NCBI GenBank assembly: GCA_041178425.1 | Contig: JBEGVH010000006.1 | Location: 219,643-283,642 of the forward strand | Direction: 5' to 3' | Source: Pseudomonadota bacterium | GTDB lineage: Bacteria > Bdellovibrionota > Bdellovibrionia > Bdellovibrionales > Bdellovibrionaceae | Length of the DNA: 64,000 bases | Part shown: in pieces, positions 47,798-58,093 of the stretch | Layout: each line of letters starts with the position of its first letter | How positions within the stretch are numbered: the stretch's first letter is position 1 | Program-made: the position numbers and the translations under genes | The notes under the pieces: generated by a model | Seen by the model: only the letters and a program-made list of their open reading frames with translations | Database searches by the model: none | What the model was told of the DNA's origin: nothing

Positions 47798-48088
47798 ATG
47801 TACAAGAATGCAAAAAAACTCACCCTCGTTTTAGGTAGTTTGTTGGCCTTTATTCTTTTGAGCAACGTCTCTTTGGCTGCGAATAAAGTAACTACATGCC
47901 GAATCGCCATCAATTCTACTCAGGGTTCTGAGCCTGTGGAACCAACAGGTCCGGCCGACCTCTCTGGTGAATACTCCGATAGAAAAGATCCAGGTATCGA
48001 TAATGTTTCTGACGAATTTGACAGCGGCTACGACTACAATTGGGATGGTAGTGGTGGTGCTGGAGGCCCATGGTCGAGCGAATTTTAA
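47798..48088 (+). CDS. Small secreted acidic/Gly-rich protein
   Basis: AAGGA RBS; signal peptide ending SLA. Confidence 0.65.
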   Translation: MYKNAKKLTLVLGSLLAFILLSNVSLAANKVTTCRIAINSTQGSEPVEPTGPADLSGEYSDRKDPGIDNVSDEFDSGYDYNWDGSGGAGGPWSSEF

Positions 48089-48124
48089 GAATCGAAAGAC
48101 GTTTTAAAGAAAAAAGACGGCGAT

Positions 48125-49759
48125 TTATGCCGTCTTTTCTTTTATTCGCCCTTTTCGTACAATCGCAACCACAGCTACATAAACAAAATGGACGAAGATA
48201 AAAGCTGATACATACTCAACGCCACCCGCGCCAAACCCATAAGAATGAAGTCCTGCGCCCAAAACATAATTCACTCCATACCAAGCCATAATCACCAACG
48301 AAAAAGCAATCACGCCCGAAACAATCATTCCAAAATCTCTGATCATGCCATTGATGCGACCATGAAGTACGGCCACGTAACCCAAGAGTGCAATCAGTGC
48401 CCACGTTTCTTTTGGATCCCATCCCCAGAAGCGGCCCCAAGAGTAATCGGCCCACACTCCACCTAAAATGATTCCCGCGGCCAGCAACACAACTCCAATT
48501 TGAAACGAGCGATAAATTCCAGACACAATGAGTTTGAGTCGCTCTTTCCAGAATTCCTCATCACGAATAACATAATAAAGACCTATATCACCAAGAGCAA
48601 AGGCCACGAAAAAAGCAGAGTAACTAATGGTGATAGTTAATACGTGAACAGTAAGCCAAAAATTACTTCGCAAAACCGGCTCAAGCGGCTGAAGGGTGGG
48701 ATCAAGAATTGTTGGTGCCATGTCAGTGAGTATCAAGCAGAAGGTTGCCACGATAGGCCCCGCAACGAGTGTGACCCCAAACTTATAAATCTTCTCAAGA
48801 AGGAGCGAAAAGAACACCGCTCCCCAGCTCACCCACACGACTGTTTCGAACATATTCGACACCGGCGGACGCTCAGTTAGGTACATCCTCAACCCAAAAC
48901 CATAAGTGTGCAGTAGCCATCCGATGATGGTGAACAACCAAACGTATCGTTCAAAGGTTTTTCGCTTTGAAATCCAACCAACAACAAAGAAAAGCACCGC
49001 TAAAAGATAACTGATCCAAGCCCAACGAAAAGGATTAATCTCATTGTAATGAACTTCGAGAGCCATGAAATGGGGTTCAGGGAATAGATTCGTATTCTCT
49101 GATCGCGCAGATTCGGTAAAAGTATCCACCGCTTTTTGAACGTCCTCAATAGCCCCTTCTGTAGGCGCCCCTTCCGACAATGAATTCATAAAGACTTTTG
49201 TGAGAGTAGTAAACTGTTCTTGTTTAGTAGGATCAGCCACCGCCAAACTCACCCACTTGGTTCCCTCTTTGGGTGGCCAAGGAGCAAACCATTCCCCTGA
49301 GGTGATGGCACGAAACGTCCAGATTTGATTTTCTAGTCGCTGCAGGGCTTGAAAATAAGGATCCAGCTTTTCTTTGGCTTCGCGCTTGGAATTAAGATCT
49401 TGCATCAAGAGCGCCAAGCGGTCAGAGGCCATAATCTCACTCATTGTGAAGTAGCGCTGCTCTTTAGGAAAACGAAGAGCTTCTTTTACTCCTCCATGCT
49501 GTATTTCGAACACCTTGATGACTTGCCACTTATCGGGCGCCAACATCATAGTGAACATTACTTCATAGGCTGGTTTTTTTTCGTAGGTCGACTTACCGTA
49601 AATAACTGCAAGGGCCTCACGGGCTAAGGTATCGTATGGCTTTACGCGCCCCTCGGATTGAACAGCGATCTCCTTGATGGGTGAAGTGGCTTTTTCTGCC
49701 CGAGCCAAAGACGAAAAGACTAACAGAGATAACGCAAAGAAAGATATTACTGTTTTCAT
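48125..49759 (-). CDS. ccsA: Cytochrome c biogenesis protein CcsA/ResC (system II)
   Basis: WWD motif WADYSWGRFWGWDPKETW; GLHSY. Confidence 0.95.
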   Translation of the reverse strand: MKTVISFFALSLLVFSSLARAEKATSPIKEIAVQSEGRVKPYDTLAREALAVIYGKSTYEKKPAYEVMFTMMLAPDKWQVIKVFEIQHGGVKEALRFPKEQRYFTMSEIMASDRLALLMQDLNSKREAKEKLDPYFQALQRLENQIWTFRAITSGEWFAPWPPKEGTKWVSLAVADPTKQEQFTTLTKVFMNSLSEGAPTEGAIEDVQKAVDTFTESARSENTNLFPEPHFMALEVHYNEINPFRWAWISYLLAVLFFVVGWISKRKTFERYVWLFTIIGWLLHTYGFGLRMYLTERPPVSNMFETVVWVSWGAVFFSLLLEKIYKFGVTLVAGPIVATFCLILTDMAPTILDPTLQPLEPVLRSNFWLTVHVLTITISYSAFFVAFALGDIGLYYVIRDEEFWKERLKLIVSGIYRSFQIGVVLLAAGIILGGVWADYSWGRFWGWDPKETWALIALLGYVAVLHGRINGMIRDFGMIVSGVIAFSLVIMAWYGVNYVLGAGLHSYGFGAGGVEYVSAFIFVHFVYVAVVAIVRKGRIKEKTA

Positions 49760-49770
49760 CGAACAATCCT

Positions 49771-51141
49771 CTAAACTGTTTTTTTCTTTTGACGCTGTTT
49801 AAACCAAAACAAATGAATAATCCCCAGAACCATTAACAAAGAACCCAGGTATTTAAGAAAACGCCCCGGATCGCGATTCACAGATAAAATCGAGGCTGTT
49901 GGTTCTCCTGTGCGCGGATCTTGCTGAAAGCTTGCTTGGTAAAAAGTAAATCCGTTGTACTGCAGAGGATTATTCATCGAAATCGTATGCTCTCCCAGAC
50001 CCGGAACTTCAACAACGCTTTCATAGGCCATGGCCCTCTTTGTTCCCTGATAGTGGCCGATAGTAAACTTTTTGAGCGTTAATTTCTCACCCAGATCGAC
50101 CTGTTTTTGACCATACTTGAGGATATAAGCTCCGGTAGGCGAGAAGAATCGAACGATATCGTTTAACTGGGCCCATTGGTTATGATTATTATATTTCACA
50201 AGCACGGCCGAAGTCGTTGTCGGATTGGGACGACTCACAGGCTTCACTTCCCACTCCCGATGCGCCTTTGGATAGTATCTTAAAATTTTAAATTTAAAAT
50301 TCATCCACGGAAGCTGGAAGTCTTCACCCTCGGCCAACTTTCCACTTTGAATAGGTTTATCGTTCTCTTTTTTATAGAGAGCATAAGAGACATGATCTCT
50401 GTCGAGAGCTTGCAGTGCAAGGGTGTTCACACCCTTAGTGGGAAGATCCGTTGATCCCAAGACGAGGGTTAGAGGGCCAAATTGATTCATCGCTACTTTT
50501 CCAGTTCGACTCTGAACAAGCCACTGGAGCTCATTCACCACTTCATTGGCCAATTGAAATCGAATAGCACTCCCATCGAGCGCACCTGTTGATGGCGCCA
50601 CCCGTTCCGAGGTTTGCGCGTAATTGAGAGAATCAATAATCTCGATTTCACCGTCTTCGACGGTCATTTTGATTTTTTGGTCTTTAGCTGGGGTTTTTAA
50701 AAAATTCACATCTTTATTGAAAAGCTCAACAAATTGAGTTCCATCAAAGGTAGAATAAAGAGTCAACACTCGATCCGTGATAGTTACGGTTCGAGAGCTT
50801 GTACCGATTTCGAAATACATCGTCCCATCGATTCCGTATTGCTGGGTAATTAGCCCCCCCAGCAACAGAAAAATTATTCCAATATGAGCAAGCACAAAAC
50901 CGGTATGGCGAATCTTCCATGGCCAACGATCCACCATCACCGCGACGAGGTTGACCACCAAAATTCCCATGACCACATACATCCAAACGCTTCGATAAAC
51001 GAGGACGGCAGCGGCCTCGGCATCGTATCGAGCTTCGTATATTGTTCCAACGGCGGCGACCACGGCCAATGCAAGGATCACAAACACTGCCAATTTAAGC
51101 GATGCTAAGATTTTAAGTATTGATGTTTTTTTCTGAATCAT
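49771..51141 (-). CDS. resB: Cytochrome c biogenesis protein CcsB/ResB
   Basis: SLKLAV, GFVLAHIG, ISMNNPL.YNG..FYQAS and DPG motifs; adjacent to ccsA. Confidence 0.88.
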   Translation of the reverse strand: MIQKKTSILKILASLKLAVFVILALAVVAAVGTIYEARYDAEAAAVLVYRSVWMYVVMGILVVNLVAVMVDRWPWKIRHTGFVLAHIGIIFLLLGGLITQQYGIDGTMYFEIGTSSRTVTITDRVLTLYSTFDGTQFVELFNKDVNFLKTPAKDQKIKMTVEDGEIEIIDSLNYAQTSERVAPSTGALDGSAIRFQLANEVVNELQWLVQSRTGKVAMNQFGPLTLVLGSTDLPTKGVNTLALQALDRDHVSYALYKKENDKPIQSGKLAEGEDFQLPWMNFKFKILRYYPKAHREWEVKPVSRPNPTTTSAVLVKYNNHNQWAQLNDIVRFFSPTGAYILKYGQKQVDLGEKLTLKKFTIGHYQGTKRAMAYESVVEVPGLGEHTISMNNPLQYNGFTFYQASFQQDPRTGEPTASILSVNRDPGRFLKYLGSLLMVLGIIHLFWFKQRQKKKTV

Positions 51142-51293
51142 AACACCCCGAAATCTAAACGAAGGGGCCCAAAAAAGACAGTTGTTAGATAGATAATGCA
51201 CGATATTAAGAATTTCGGGCAGTCCCTTCAAATTTTTAAGAGGCCTTCAGCTTATTCTTTGCCATTTGAGGCGGGTTTTGATTTAACCCGGCT

Positions 51294-51947
51294 ATGATCC
51301 GACTGTACGGCCACCTACAACACAAAAAGCATATTATTTTCGACTACAATGGCACGATTCTCTACGATACTGAGCTTTGTGTCGAAGCGCTAAACATTCT
51401 TCTTGAAAGCCAAGATCTACCAGAAATGAGCGAAGACGACTATCGTGAACAATTTCACTTTCCCATCGCGAGTTTTTATCAAAAGGTAGGCTTTGATTTT
51501 TCGAAAGAATCGTTCGAAGCCATGGGTGAGCGCTATATGTCGCACTACAAATCCAATCTCCATCGAGTTAAGGTTTACCACGGTCTTAGAGACCTTTTAG
51601 TTGAGCTTAAAAAACGAGACATGACCACTTCGATTCTTACGGCCCTTAACCAAGAAATTCTACACCATCAACTCGAAGAGTTTGGTTTGAATAACCTTTT
51701 TGATAATGCTTTTGGACTTCCCGATTTGAACGCCGCCAGCAAGATTGCCCGGGGCAAAGAGCTTATGCTCCATGTGGGGATTCCCGCCGAAGATTGCTTA
51801 ATCATCGGCGACACTGACCATGACCTCGAGGTGGCCGAGGCTCTTGGCATTGACGCTCTTTTATTAGCCGACGGACATCAGGCTGAGGAACGCCTTCGCC
51901 AAACAAAGGCCAAAGTGATTAATCTCCAAAGAAAGCCAGAAAAGTGA
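51294..51947 (+). CDS. HAD-family hydrolase
   Basis: FDYNGT, ILTA and IGDTDHD motifs. Confidence 0.9.
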   Translation: MIRLYGHLQHKKHIIFDYNGTILYDTELCVEALNILLESQDLPEMSEDDYREQFHFPIASFYQKVGFDFSKESFEAMGERYMSHYKSNLHRVKVYHGLRDLLVELKKRDMTTSILTALNQEILHHQLEEFGLNNLFDNAFGLPDLNAASKIARGKELMLHVGIPAEDCLIIGDTDHDLEVAEALGIDALLLADGHQAEERLRQTKAKVINLQRKPEK

Positions 51948-52546
51948 TTCTTCTGATGAGATACGTTATCGGACTCTTGTTAACTGCATTAACTCCGATT
52001 TGGGCCGGAGCAACCTCCCAGGAGAACACCCTCGAGGGGCAATGGCTCTCGGCATGCAAAAATGGCAAGATTTCTCAAATGCGTATAGATCAAAATTCGA
52101 CTTCCTATTTGAGAGAAATTTTTTATCAAGAGCCCTTTTGTCAAACGCCTCAATTTTATATTGAAACAGTAGGTTCAGTCAGCTTTCCCGAAGACGCTGT
52201 TCAAACCCTCAACCCCACTTTTCATTCCGTTGATTATTTATATCGGGAAATTTCATTAACGCCTCTTTCTCCGGGAATGGCGGCCCACTTTAAAAACAAA
52301 CAACTCTGTGGCCTGATTGAATGGGTGCCTCTCATTGCAACTCCCATCAGCGGAAAGGCCTGCGCCTTTGTAGAAGGAGCCAGACCTGTGAAAGTGCCGC
52401 AGACGGGACATGCTCGCTACGGCATCTACTCGGTCTCAGAACCTTGGTTATTTTTTGGTCAAAACAATCCTATCGAAGATAGCTCTTCGCCCGCGAGACG
52501 CCCGTCGGAATTACAAAAAGAACCCTTCGGAAAACGTTTCCCATGA
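51944..52546 (+). CDS. Secreted hypothetical protein
   Basis: Signal peptide; LEGQWLSAC; overlaps both neighbours. Confidence 0.7.
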   Translation: MILLMRYVIGLLLTALTPIWAGATSQENTLEGQWLSACKNGKISQMRIDQNSTSYLREIFYQEPFCQTPQFYIETVGSVSFPEDAVQTLNPTFHSVDYLYREISLTPLSPGMAAHFKNKQLCGLIEWVPLIATPISGKACAFVEGARPVKVPQTGHARYGIYSVSEPWLFFGQNNPIEDSSSPARRPSELQKEPFGKRFP

Positions 52547-53229
52547 AGCAACTTTTGATTATTCAAAACTCGAACGAGACGCCACCCGGCACCACAATTG
52601 AGTGGTGCAAAAGCCGCGCAATAAATCCCCACCTTATTCAAGCTTGGACCTCGCCTCAGTGGCCCGACCCTAGAGAATATCTCGGAGTGGTTATTTGTGG
52701 CGGAGGAATGAACGTTGATCAAGAACAGACACATCCATGGTTACGCAGCGAAAAAGCATTGATCCGCTCTCTTTTAGAACAAAACGTGAAGACTTTAGGC
52801 CTCTGCTTGGGAGCCCAATTAATCGCCGAGGCTCTGGGGGCCCGCGTTGGTCCACACACCCAGTGGGAAGTTGGCTGGCACGACGTGGAACTAAAAGAGA
52901 ACATTTTTTTTAAAGAGCAAAAACAATTTAAGGTTTTTCAATGGCACAAATACACCTTTGATATTCCTAATGGCGCTTTACACTTAAGCTCCTCCGAAGC
53001 TTGCTCTCATCAAGCTTTTTCCTATGGTGAAAATGTTTTGGCTTTTCAATTTCATCCAGAGAGCACCCGCGAGTGGGTCATCGACTGCGCCACCGATGAA
53101 TCTGAAAGTTACCCTTCAGGAGATTTCGTTGAGACTCGGGAAACAATCCTTTCTCAACTTCAGCATCAAGTAAAACTTCAAGATTGGTATTGGTCTGTCC
53201 TTGACCGATTTTTTCTTGGCTCGACATAG
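52543..53229 (+). CDS. Class I glutamine amidotransferase-like protein
   Basis: GLCLGAQ, FQWH and QFHPE (Cys-His-Glu triad). Confidence 0.92.
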   Translation: MKQLLIIQNSNETPPGTTIEWCKSRAINPHLIQAWTSPQWPDPREYLGVVICGGGMNVDQEQTHPWLRSEKALIRSLLEQNVKTLGLCLGAQLIAEALGARVGPHTQWEVGWHDVELKENIFFKEQKQFKVFQWHKYTFDIPNGALHLSSSEACSHQAFSYGENVLAFQFHPESTREWVIDCATDESESYPSGDFVETRETILSQLQHQVKLQDWYWSVLDRFFLGST

Positions 53230-53318
53230 GTCCTATTGTTGTTTCTCAATGCTTTGCCTAAAATCACTTTTTTGAAAATAAATGTACTTCCACCGCTTCG
53301 TATGTCACCGTCAAGATA

Positions 53319-53840
53319 ATGAAAACAGTGTTTAGGACTTTCAAATTGCAGGCAAAATCACTTTTTTTGATGGGTGGAACCCTTATCTTCATAACTAGTG
53401 CGTCTGCACAACCGACGGCCAGTGCCTCCGATAAATACTGTGCCTATCTGCAAGTACTCCAGGCAAAACTTTATTCACAAACAAAAGGGCCGAGCCCAAT
53501 AGAAAATTTAATCGATTTTGTTAATTCACTAATGAATAAAGTTAAACTCGAAGCGATTGAAAAAGAAGCCATCCAAAAAAAAATGACTTTCGAGGAGTTT
53601 CAAAAATGGGCCACGGAGACTCAGTCGATCAAAGTGGCCGATCACTACAAACCAAAATACATCGAAAAATACAGCGTAGAATATTGTGGACTTATTACTC
53701 ATTCGGCCACCTTCGGCTCAGCAAAAGAGCCGGAGCTTGGTGCTACGGCCGAAAAACAATTTGACCCTTTAGGACATGCCTATGCGAGCGAGGTTGAATC
53801 ATACAACCAAAACCCATCAGCCACACCGGCAAATAAATAA
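53319..53840 (+). CDS. Secreted hypothetical protein
   Basis: 173 aa; signal peptide ending ASA. Confidence 0.65.
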   Translation: MKTVFRTFKLQAKSLFLMGGTLIFITSASAQPTASASDKYCAYLQVLQAKLYSQTKGPSPIENLIDFVNSLMNKVKLEAIEKEAIQKKMTFEEFQKWATETQSIKVADHYKPKYIEKYSVEYCGLITHSATFGSAKEPELGATAEKQFDPLGHAYASEVESYNQNPSATPANK

Positions 53841-53887
53841 AGGGCTGCTTTGAACAGCACTTTATTAGAAATTTCCAACCTTATAAA

Positions 53888-54430
53888 TTAAAGACTTCCC
53901 ACGCCATCCGAATCACTCGGCTGTTGATTGATGAGTTGGTTATCTAAAGCAATTTCATTCTTTTTTGCATCTATGGCTGCCTGAATGGCTGCTAAACGCT
54001 CCTCAGCTGAGGTTAATTGATTGCCTACGGCTGTTTGCTTTTCAACCGATTTATTGATTCTCTCTGCGCGCTTTTGGATCCGTTGTTCTGTGTGAGCAAT
54101 TTGCTTATTAAGTTTATTTGTAGCGGCTTCATCGCCTTTCACTAGATTCAATCTCTCTTTAAGATGCACTAATCGCGTTTGATCATCGAGTTGATTCTTC
54201 TTTCGCTTAGTGACTTCATGATCAAGCTCATGCTTTCTCTTTTTTCTATTCACCGTCGTTTTCTTGGTCTTTGCTTTAATGTTCTTGAAATACTGCAAAT
54301 CGCGCTTGTCGTATTTTTTTTCAATTTTATTCGGATCCGCCGGTTTTACGGGATTAGCAAAAGAAACTCCACCTAACCCTAGCGTTAGAGCAACGACGGC
54401 GGCATTTATAAACATCACTGGATTTTTCAT
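53888..54430 (-). CDS. Secreted basic coiled-coil protein
   Basis: GAGGAGG RBS; signal peptide; K/R/Q/E-rich helical body. Confidence 0.75.
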   Translation of the reverse strand: MKNPVMFINAAVVALTLGLGGVSFANPVKPADPNKIEKKYDKRDLQYFKNIKAKTKKTTVNRKKRKHELDHEVTKRKKNQLDDQTRLVHLKERLNLVKGDEAATNKLNKQIAHTEQRIQKRAERINKSVEKQTAVGNQLTSAEERLAAIQAAIDAKKNEIALDNQLINQQPSDSDGVGSL

Positions 54431-54737
54431 TTTATCCTCCTCATTGGGGCTCAACACTCTTTTATTCAATCTTCAGACCAACACCCATCAGAACCAATAA
54501 ATTGAATTTAATGAAAAACGTCTGGCCGACCGCCTCATCTTGAAACACATTGACCCCTCTTCTTGAAAATTGTGTTTCAAAATGAAACAAAGTATCCACC
54601 TCGACCTACGCACGGCATGAACACTGTGCGACAAAAAATGTCTCGTCTTATGGATTTGATTTTACCCATAACAGAATTTAGCAACCACGACCTACTGACG
54701 GTTTAGACAAACCCAACAACAGCCGAAGAGATACTTA

Positions 54738-55667
54738 ATGAAACCAACACGAATATTAATTGCAGACTCGAGTTCGACCGTAAACCAACATGTGAAAACT
54801 TTTTTGGAAGAGCGAAACTTTCAGGTTTTTATGGCTAACGACGGTGAAGAAGCTCTCGGGGTTATCGTGAGTCAAAAACCAAGGCTTGCCTTGATCGAGC
54901 TGATGCTGCCAAAAATGAATGCTTTAACTATTTTAAAATCGCTAAAATCAGAGGGTGAACTCGACGGTGAAAACGCCACCAAAGTGGCAATTCTCTCCAA
55001 TAAACCTAATATTCAAAATATCAAAGAGTGTATGCGTTGGGGAGCCATTGATTTTCTGTTAAAGCCCATCGAAGTCGAAGACATGGTATCACGCATCGTC
55101 TTTCACCTCCAACCCTCACGTGGCGAACCAAAAAACACTGAGCGCAACGAGGTTGCTAATCTTTATTTGCATCTTGTTGAACTCGTTCTACAACAAGTGG
55201 GAACAGAACTCAGACTGAGTGATGTCCTTCGTAAACTCACACAAATGTCGGCCATGAGTTTAAAAAGTGTCAGAACCAGCGTTATAAAGGTCGAACCGCA
55301 AAGAGTCGGTGTTGTTAAGGCTTCCAGCGATGACTATCGAGGCACTGAATGGACGCTTGATTTGAGAAAATACCCAGAAATCCTTTACGCCATAAACACC
55401 GGCAAAACATTGGCGATTGAAAACCTTGAAAATGATCCCACTCTCAATCAGATCAAACAATATTTTCAAGAAATCACATTTAATTCGATGATCGTTGTTC
55501 CCATTCACCTGGCTCCAGAAAAACTTTACGGCGTTCTGGTGGTGAGAATGCCCGCCGATAGAACGCAGATTTTTGATGAAGAACTTCGCTTCGCAAAAAT
55601 CCTGTCGCAAGCCATCGCTATTGCCATCAAATTTGAACAGGTTCGGGAATTGTCGCGCGCTGCCTAG
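54738..55667 (+). CDS. Atypical response regulator (REC + GAF)
   Basis: REC fold with LIELMLP (Asp>Glu); C-terminal GAF (SMIVVPI..YGVL). Confidence 0.8.
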   Translation: MKPTRILIADSSSTVNQHVKTFLEERNFQVFMANDGEEALGVIVSQKPRLALIELMLPKMNALTILKSLKSEGELDGENATKVAILSNKPNIQNIKECMRWGAIDFLLKPIEVEDMVSRIVFHLQPSRGEPKNTERNEVANLYLHLVELVLQQVGTELRLSDVLRKLTQMSAMSLKSVRTSVIKVEPQRVGVVKASSDDYRGTEWTLDLRKYPEILYAINTGKTLAIENLENDPTLNQIKQYFQEITFNSMIVVPIHLAPEKLYGVLVVRMPADRTQIFDEELRFAKILSQAIAIAIKFEQVRELSRAA

Positions 55668-55730
55668 ATCGTCGACAATATTTGAAGTAAATAGATTTTA
55701 AGTTCTCATCAACAAGAGAGGAAATCCCCA

Positions 55731-56087
55731 ATGGTGACCTTAACCAGCATTGAATTTAGAGACAAAGTTTTTGATTATGAAACAGAAAAAGACTGGAAAT
55801 TTAAAGGTTCTCGACCTGCCATTATCGATTTTTTTGCCGAATGGTGCGGCCCTTGCAAACGATTAAGCCCAGTTCTTCAAGAGCTCTCCACACAATACCA
55901 AGGAAAAGTTGATATTTACAAAGTTGATATTGATGCCGAACAAGATCTCGCTGGTCTCTTTGGTATCATGAGCGTGCCCACCCTATTGTTTATTCCCATG
56001 GGCACCGAACCCCAAATGGCCCAAGGAGCTCTTCCTAAGGACGTTCTCGAACAAGCCATCAACGAAGTACTTCTAAAAACAAAATAA
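55731..56087 (+). CDS. trxA: Thioredoxin
   Basis: DFFAEWCGPC and SVPT motifs. Confidence 0.93.
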   Translation: MVTLTSIEFRDKVFDYETEKDWKFKGSRPAIIDFFAEWCGPCKRLSPVLQELSTQYQGKVDIYKVDIDAEQDLAGLFGIMSVPTLLFIPMGTEPQMAQGALPKDVLEQAINEVLLKTK

Positions 56088-56110
56088 TTTGTACTAATCT
56101 GCCGCAGGCA

Positions 56111-57187
56111 TTAACGATAGTCGTGCAGATAATCAATTCGCTCGGCGATCCATGGTTCATGGACGCCGACGATATCAAAGCCTCGCTTAAGAGGTGCCTG
56201 AGTGCTCCCAAAAGGAGTAATACTCGGAACATAATCGGATGGAATAATTCCCACAGTTTGCAATTCGTTCGTCACTTGTGAAACAAAAGGCTCTGCTAGC
56301 ACTTTTCGCCTAACAAGCTCATCAAAACTACGACTTAATTCATCGTTAGTAAAACCGTAGTTCTCGCTCATATCAGAAGCCACATTCAAGAGTCGCTGAA
56401 GATCGAGCCTCTTATCTTGGTATAAATCAAGAGCTGTTTGGAAGCTATTATAAGTCGGCACCGTACGACGACCAAACTTTAAATAATAATCCGGATCAGT
56501 GTCTGCAGCGAGATTGATATATATTTTTTCGACCGGGTCGTTTTCTGGAATACTACTTTGCAATTGCAAAATAGTGTCCACTTGTTCGCCCGTCACCCAA
56601 AATTGCCCCAAAATGGTTCTTAAATCATGCGGCTCAATTCGACGAGCACAAATATCGCTGTAGAGATTATAAATAACCGCATCAGACTCACTATCATCGC
56701 CCCATAAAACTTGCTGAACATCTTCACGAAGCATTGAACGCAATTGCAAAAGGGCCTGAACCTTGTAACCAACCTGCTTTGTCAAACGCCAGAGCCGCTT
56801 GGGATGAAGATTCTGTAGATTGTCCTTATAAAAACAACCAAAAGGAAAAATGCCATCCAAGGAGAGCTTTTCGCTGATCCGAGCCTCCATCTGTGGAGGA
56901 GATGCCGTAATAAAATAAAGCGGAAAATGACGATGGGCTTTTTCTCGATGCCATTGTTCAACCAAACTTCGAATCAGCGTATTGGTTCCAGGAATGTTTT
57001 TTTTGGCCTTTGCCCGCTCGAGAGCCACTTTAAGAAGTTCTGTGAAGCCACCCCACGAGGTATCAAGATAGGTCTTATCCAAATCCCAAACAAAAATCTC
57101 TTCAGCGTTTTTTTCAACACCTTCCGCAATATATCGAAAAAATACAACGTCGGACCAAACGATCCCGTTTTCTCTCCAGTCAGCCAT
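56111..57187 (-). CDS. HAD-fold phosphatase (App1/DUF2183-like)
   Basis: WDLDKT, ITASP, GYK and GDDSESD motifs. Confidence 0.75.
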   Translation of the reverse strand: MADWRENGIVWSDVVFFRYIAEGVEKNAEEIFVWDLDKTYLDTSWGGFTELLKVALERAKAKKNIPGTNTLIRSLVEQWHREKAHRHFPLYFITASPPQMEARISEKLSLDGIFPFGCFYKDNLQNLHPKRLWRLTKQVGYKVQALLQLRSMLREDVQQVLWGDDSESDAVIYNLYSDICARRIEPHDLRTILGQFWVTGEQVDTILQLQSSIPENDPVEKIYINLAADTDPDYYLKFGRRTVPTYNSFQTALDLYQDKRLDLQRLLNVASDMSENYGFTNDELSRSFDELVRRKVLAEPFVSQVTNELQTVGIIPSDYVPSITPFGSTQAPLKRGFDIVGVHEPWIAERIDYLHDYR

Positions 57188-57283
57188 AGCGTTTATTTTA
57201 GCTTTAGCCTGCCTATGATGCCAGATAATTTGTGGCAAATTTCAAGGATTGCCACACCTAGCCCTCCATGATAGGCAGCCAGT

Positions 57284-58093
57284 ATGACAAGACTGATACC
57301 GATTCATAATTGCCAGAAGAACCTCGATTTTAATCCAGAGACGCCTTGGACTCACTCTCTCCCCACTTATTGCTTTGAAAATGAGCTGCTTTGTGGCTTT
57401 GAACGCACTGAGGGTGTTGCCATTGAGCTTCAAACGGCTGGCCTTATTGAGGCTTTCAAAGCTGTTTACCCTCAGTTGGGTTTTTTTGAGCTCGCCCGAC
57501 TCTCAAAGAAGTTTGCAAGCACTCCCAATCTCAAAAAAGATCTTTGGTCACACTATGGCTATCACTGGAAAGAAAATCTTGAAGTTTTAATCGATGAGAT
57601 CGTTAAACTGCCTCTCGATACTCAACGCTGGCTCCAACAAAAAAAATTGGCTCCGCAAGACCTTGCTCCCCTTCGCTCACTTCCTCAACAAGAAATACTT
57701 GAATGGGTCTGGCCACTGATGATGAATCCTATTTTTTCAAAGTCAGACCTCTCTCAAATTTTAGAACTCGTCGTAGAATTAACCTTAATGGAAGTACCCA
57801 GAGAAAAGCTGGTGACGGGAGCCTCCACTCCTCAGTGGATAAAGTCTCTAAAACAATTGCGATACCCGCAGACGAGTTCGAGTGATGGCTTGGGCGACCA
57901 GAAGATTCGCACCATCGCCTGGCCCTTGAGAAGCGAAGCGCGCTGGGCACGGAGAGGAGATCTTTCGGGTGTAGAACTCAAACTCTTTTTCAGCCACCCT
58001 CAAGAACTAAAACGCTCCATCGAACGCCTTCAACAGGTTTGCGATGATCTGCAAACAAATTCTGCTTATGAGGATTTATGGTCGAAAAATTAG
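57284..58093 (+). CDS. Hypothetical protein coupled to the SplB-like gene
   Basis: 269 aa, helical; overlaps the next gene by 16 nt. Confidence 0.7.
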   Translation: MTRLIPIHNCQKNLDFNPETPWTHSLPTYCFENELLCGFERTEGVAIELQTAGLIEAFKAVYPQLGFFELARLSKKFASTPNLKKDLWSHYGYHWKENLEVLIDEIVKLPLDTQRWLQQKKLAPQDLAPLRSLPQQEILEWVWPLMMNPIFSKSDLSQILELVVELTLMEVPREKLVTGASTPQWIKSLKQLRYPQTSSSDGLGDQKIRTIAWPLRSEARWARRGDLSGVELKLFFSHPQELKRSIERLQQVCDDLQTNSAYEDLWSKN

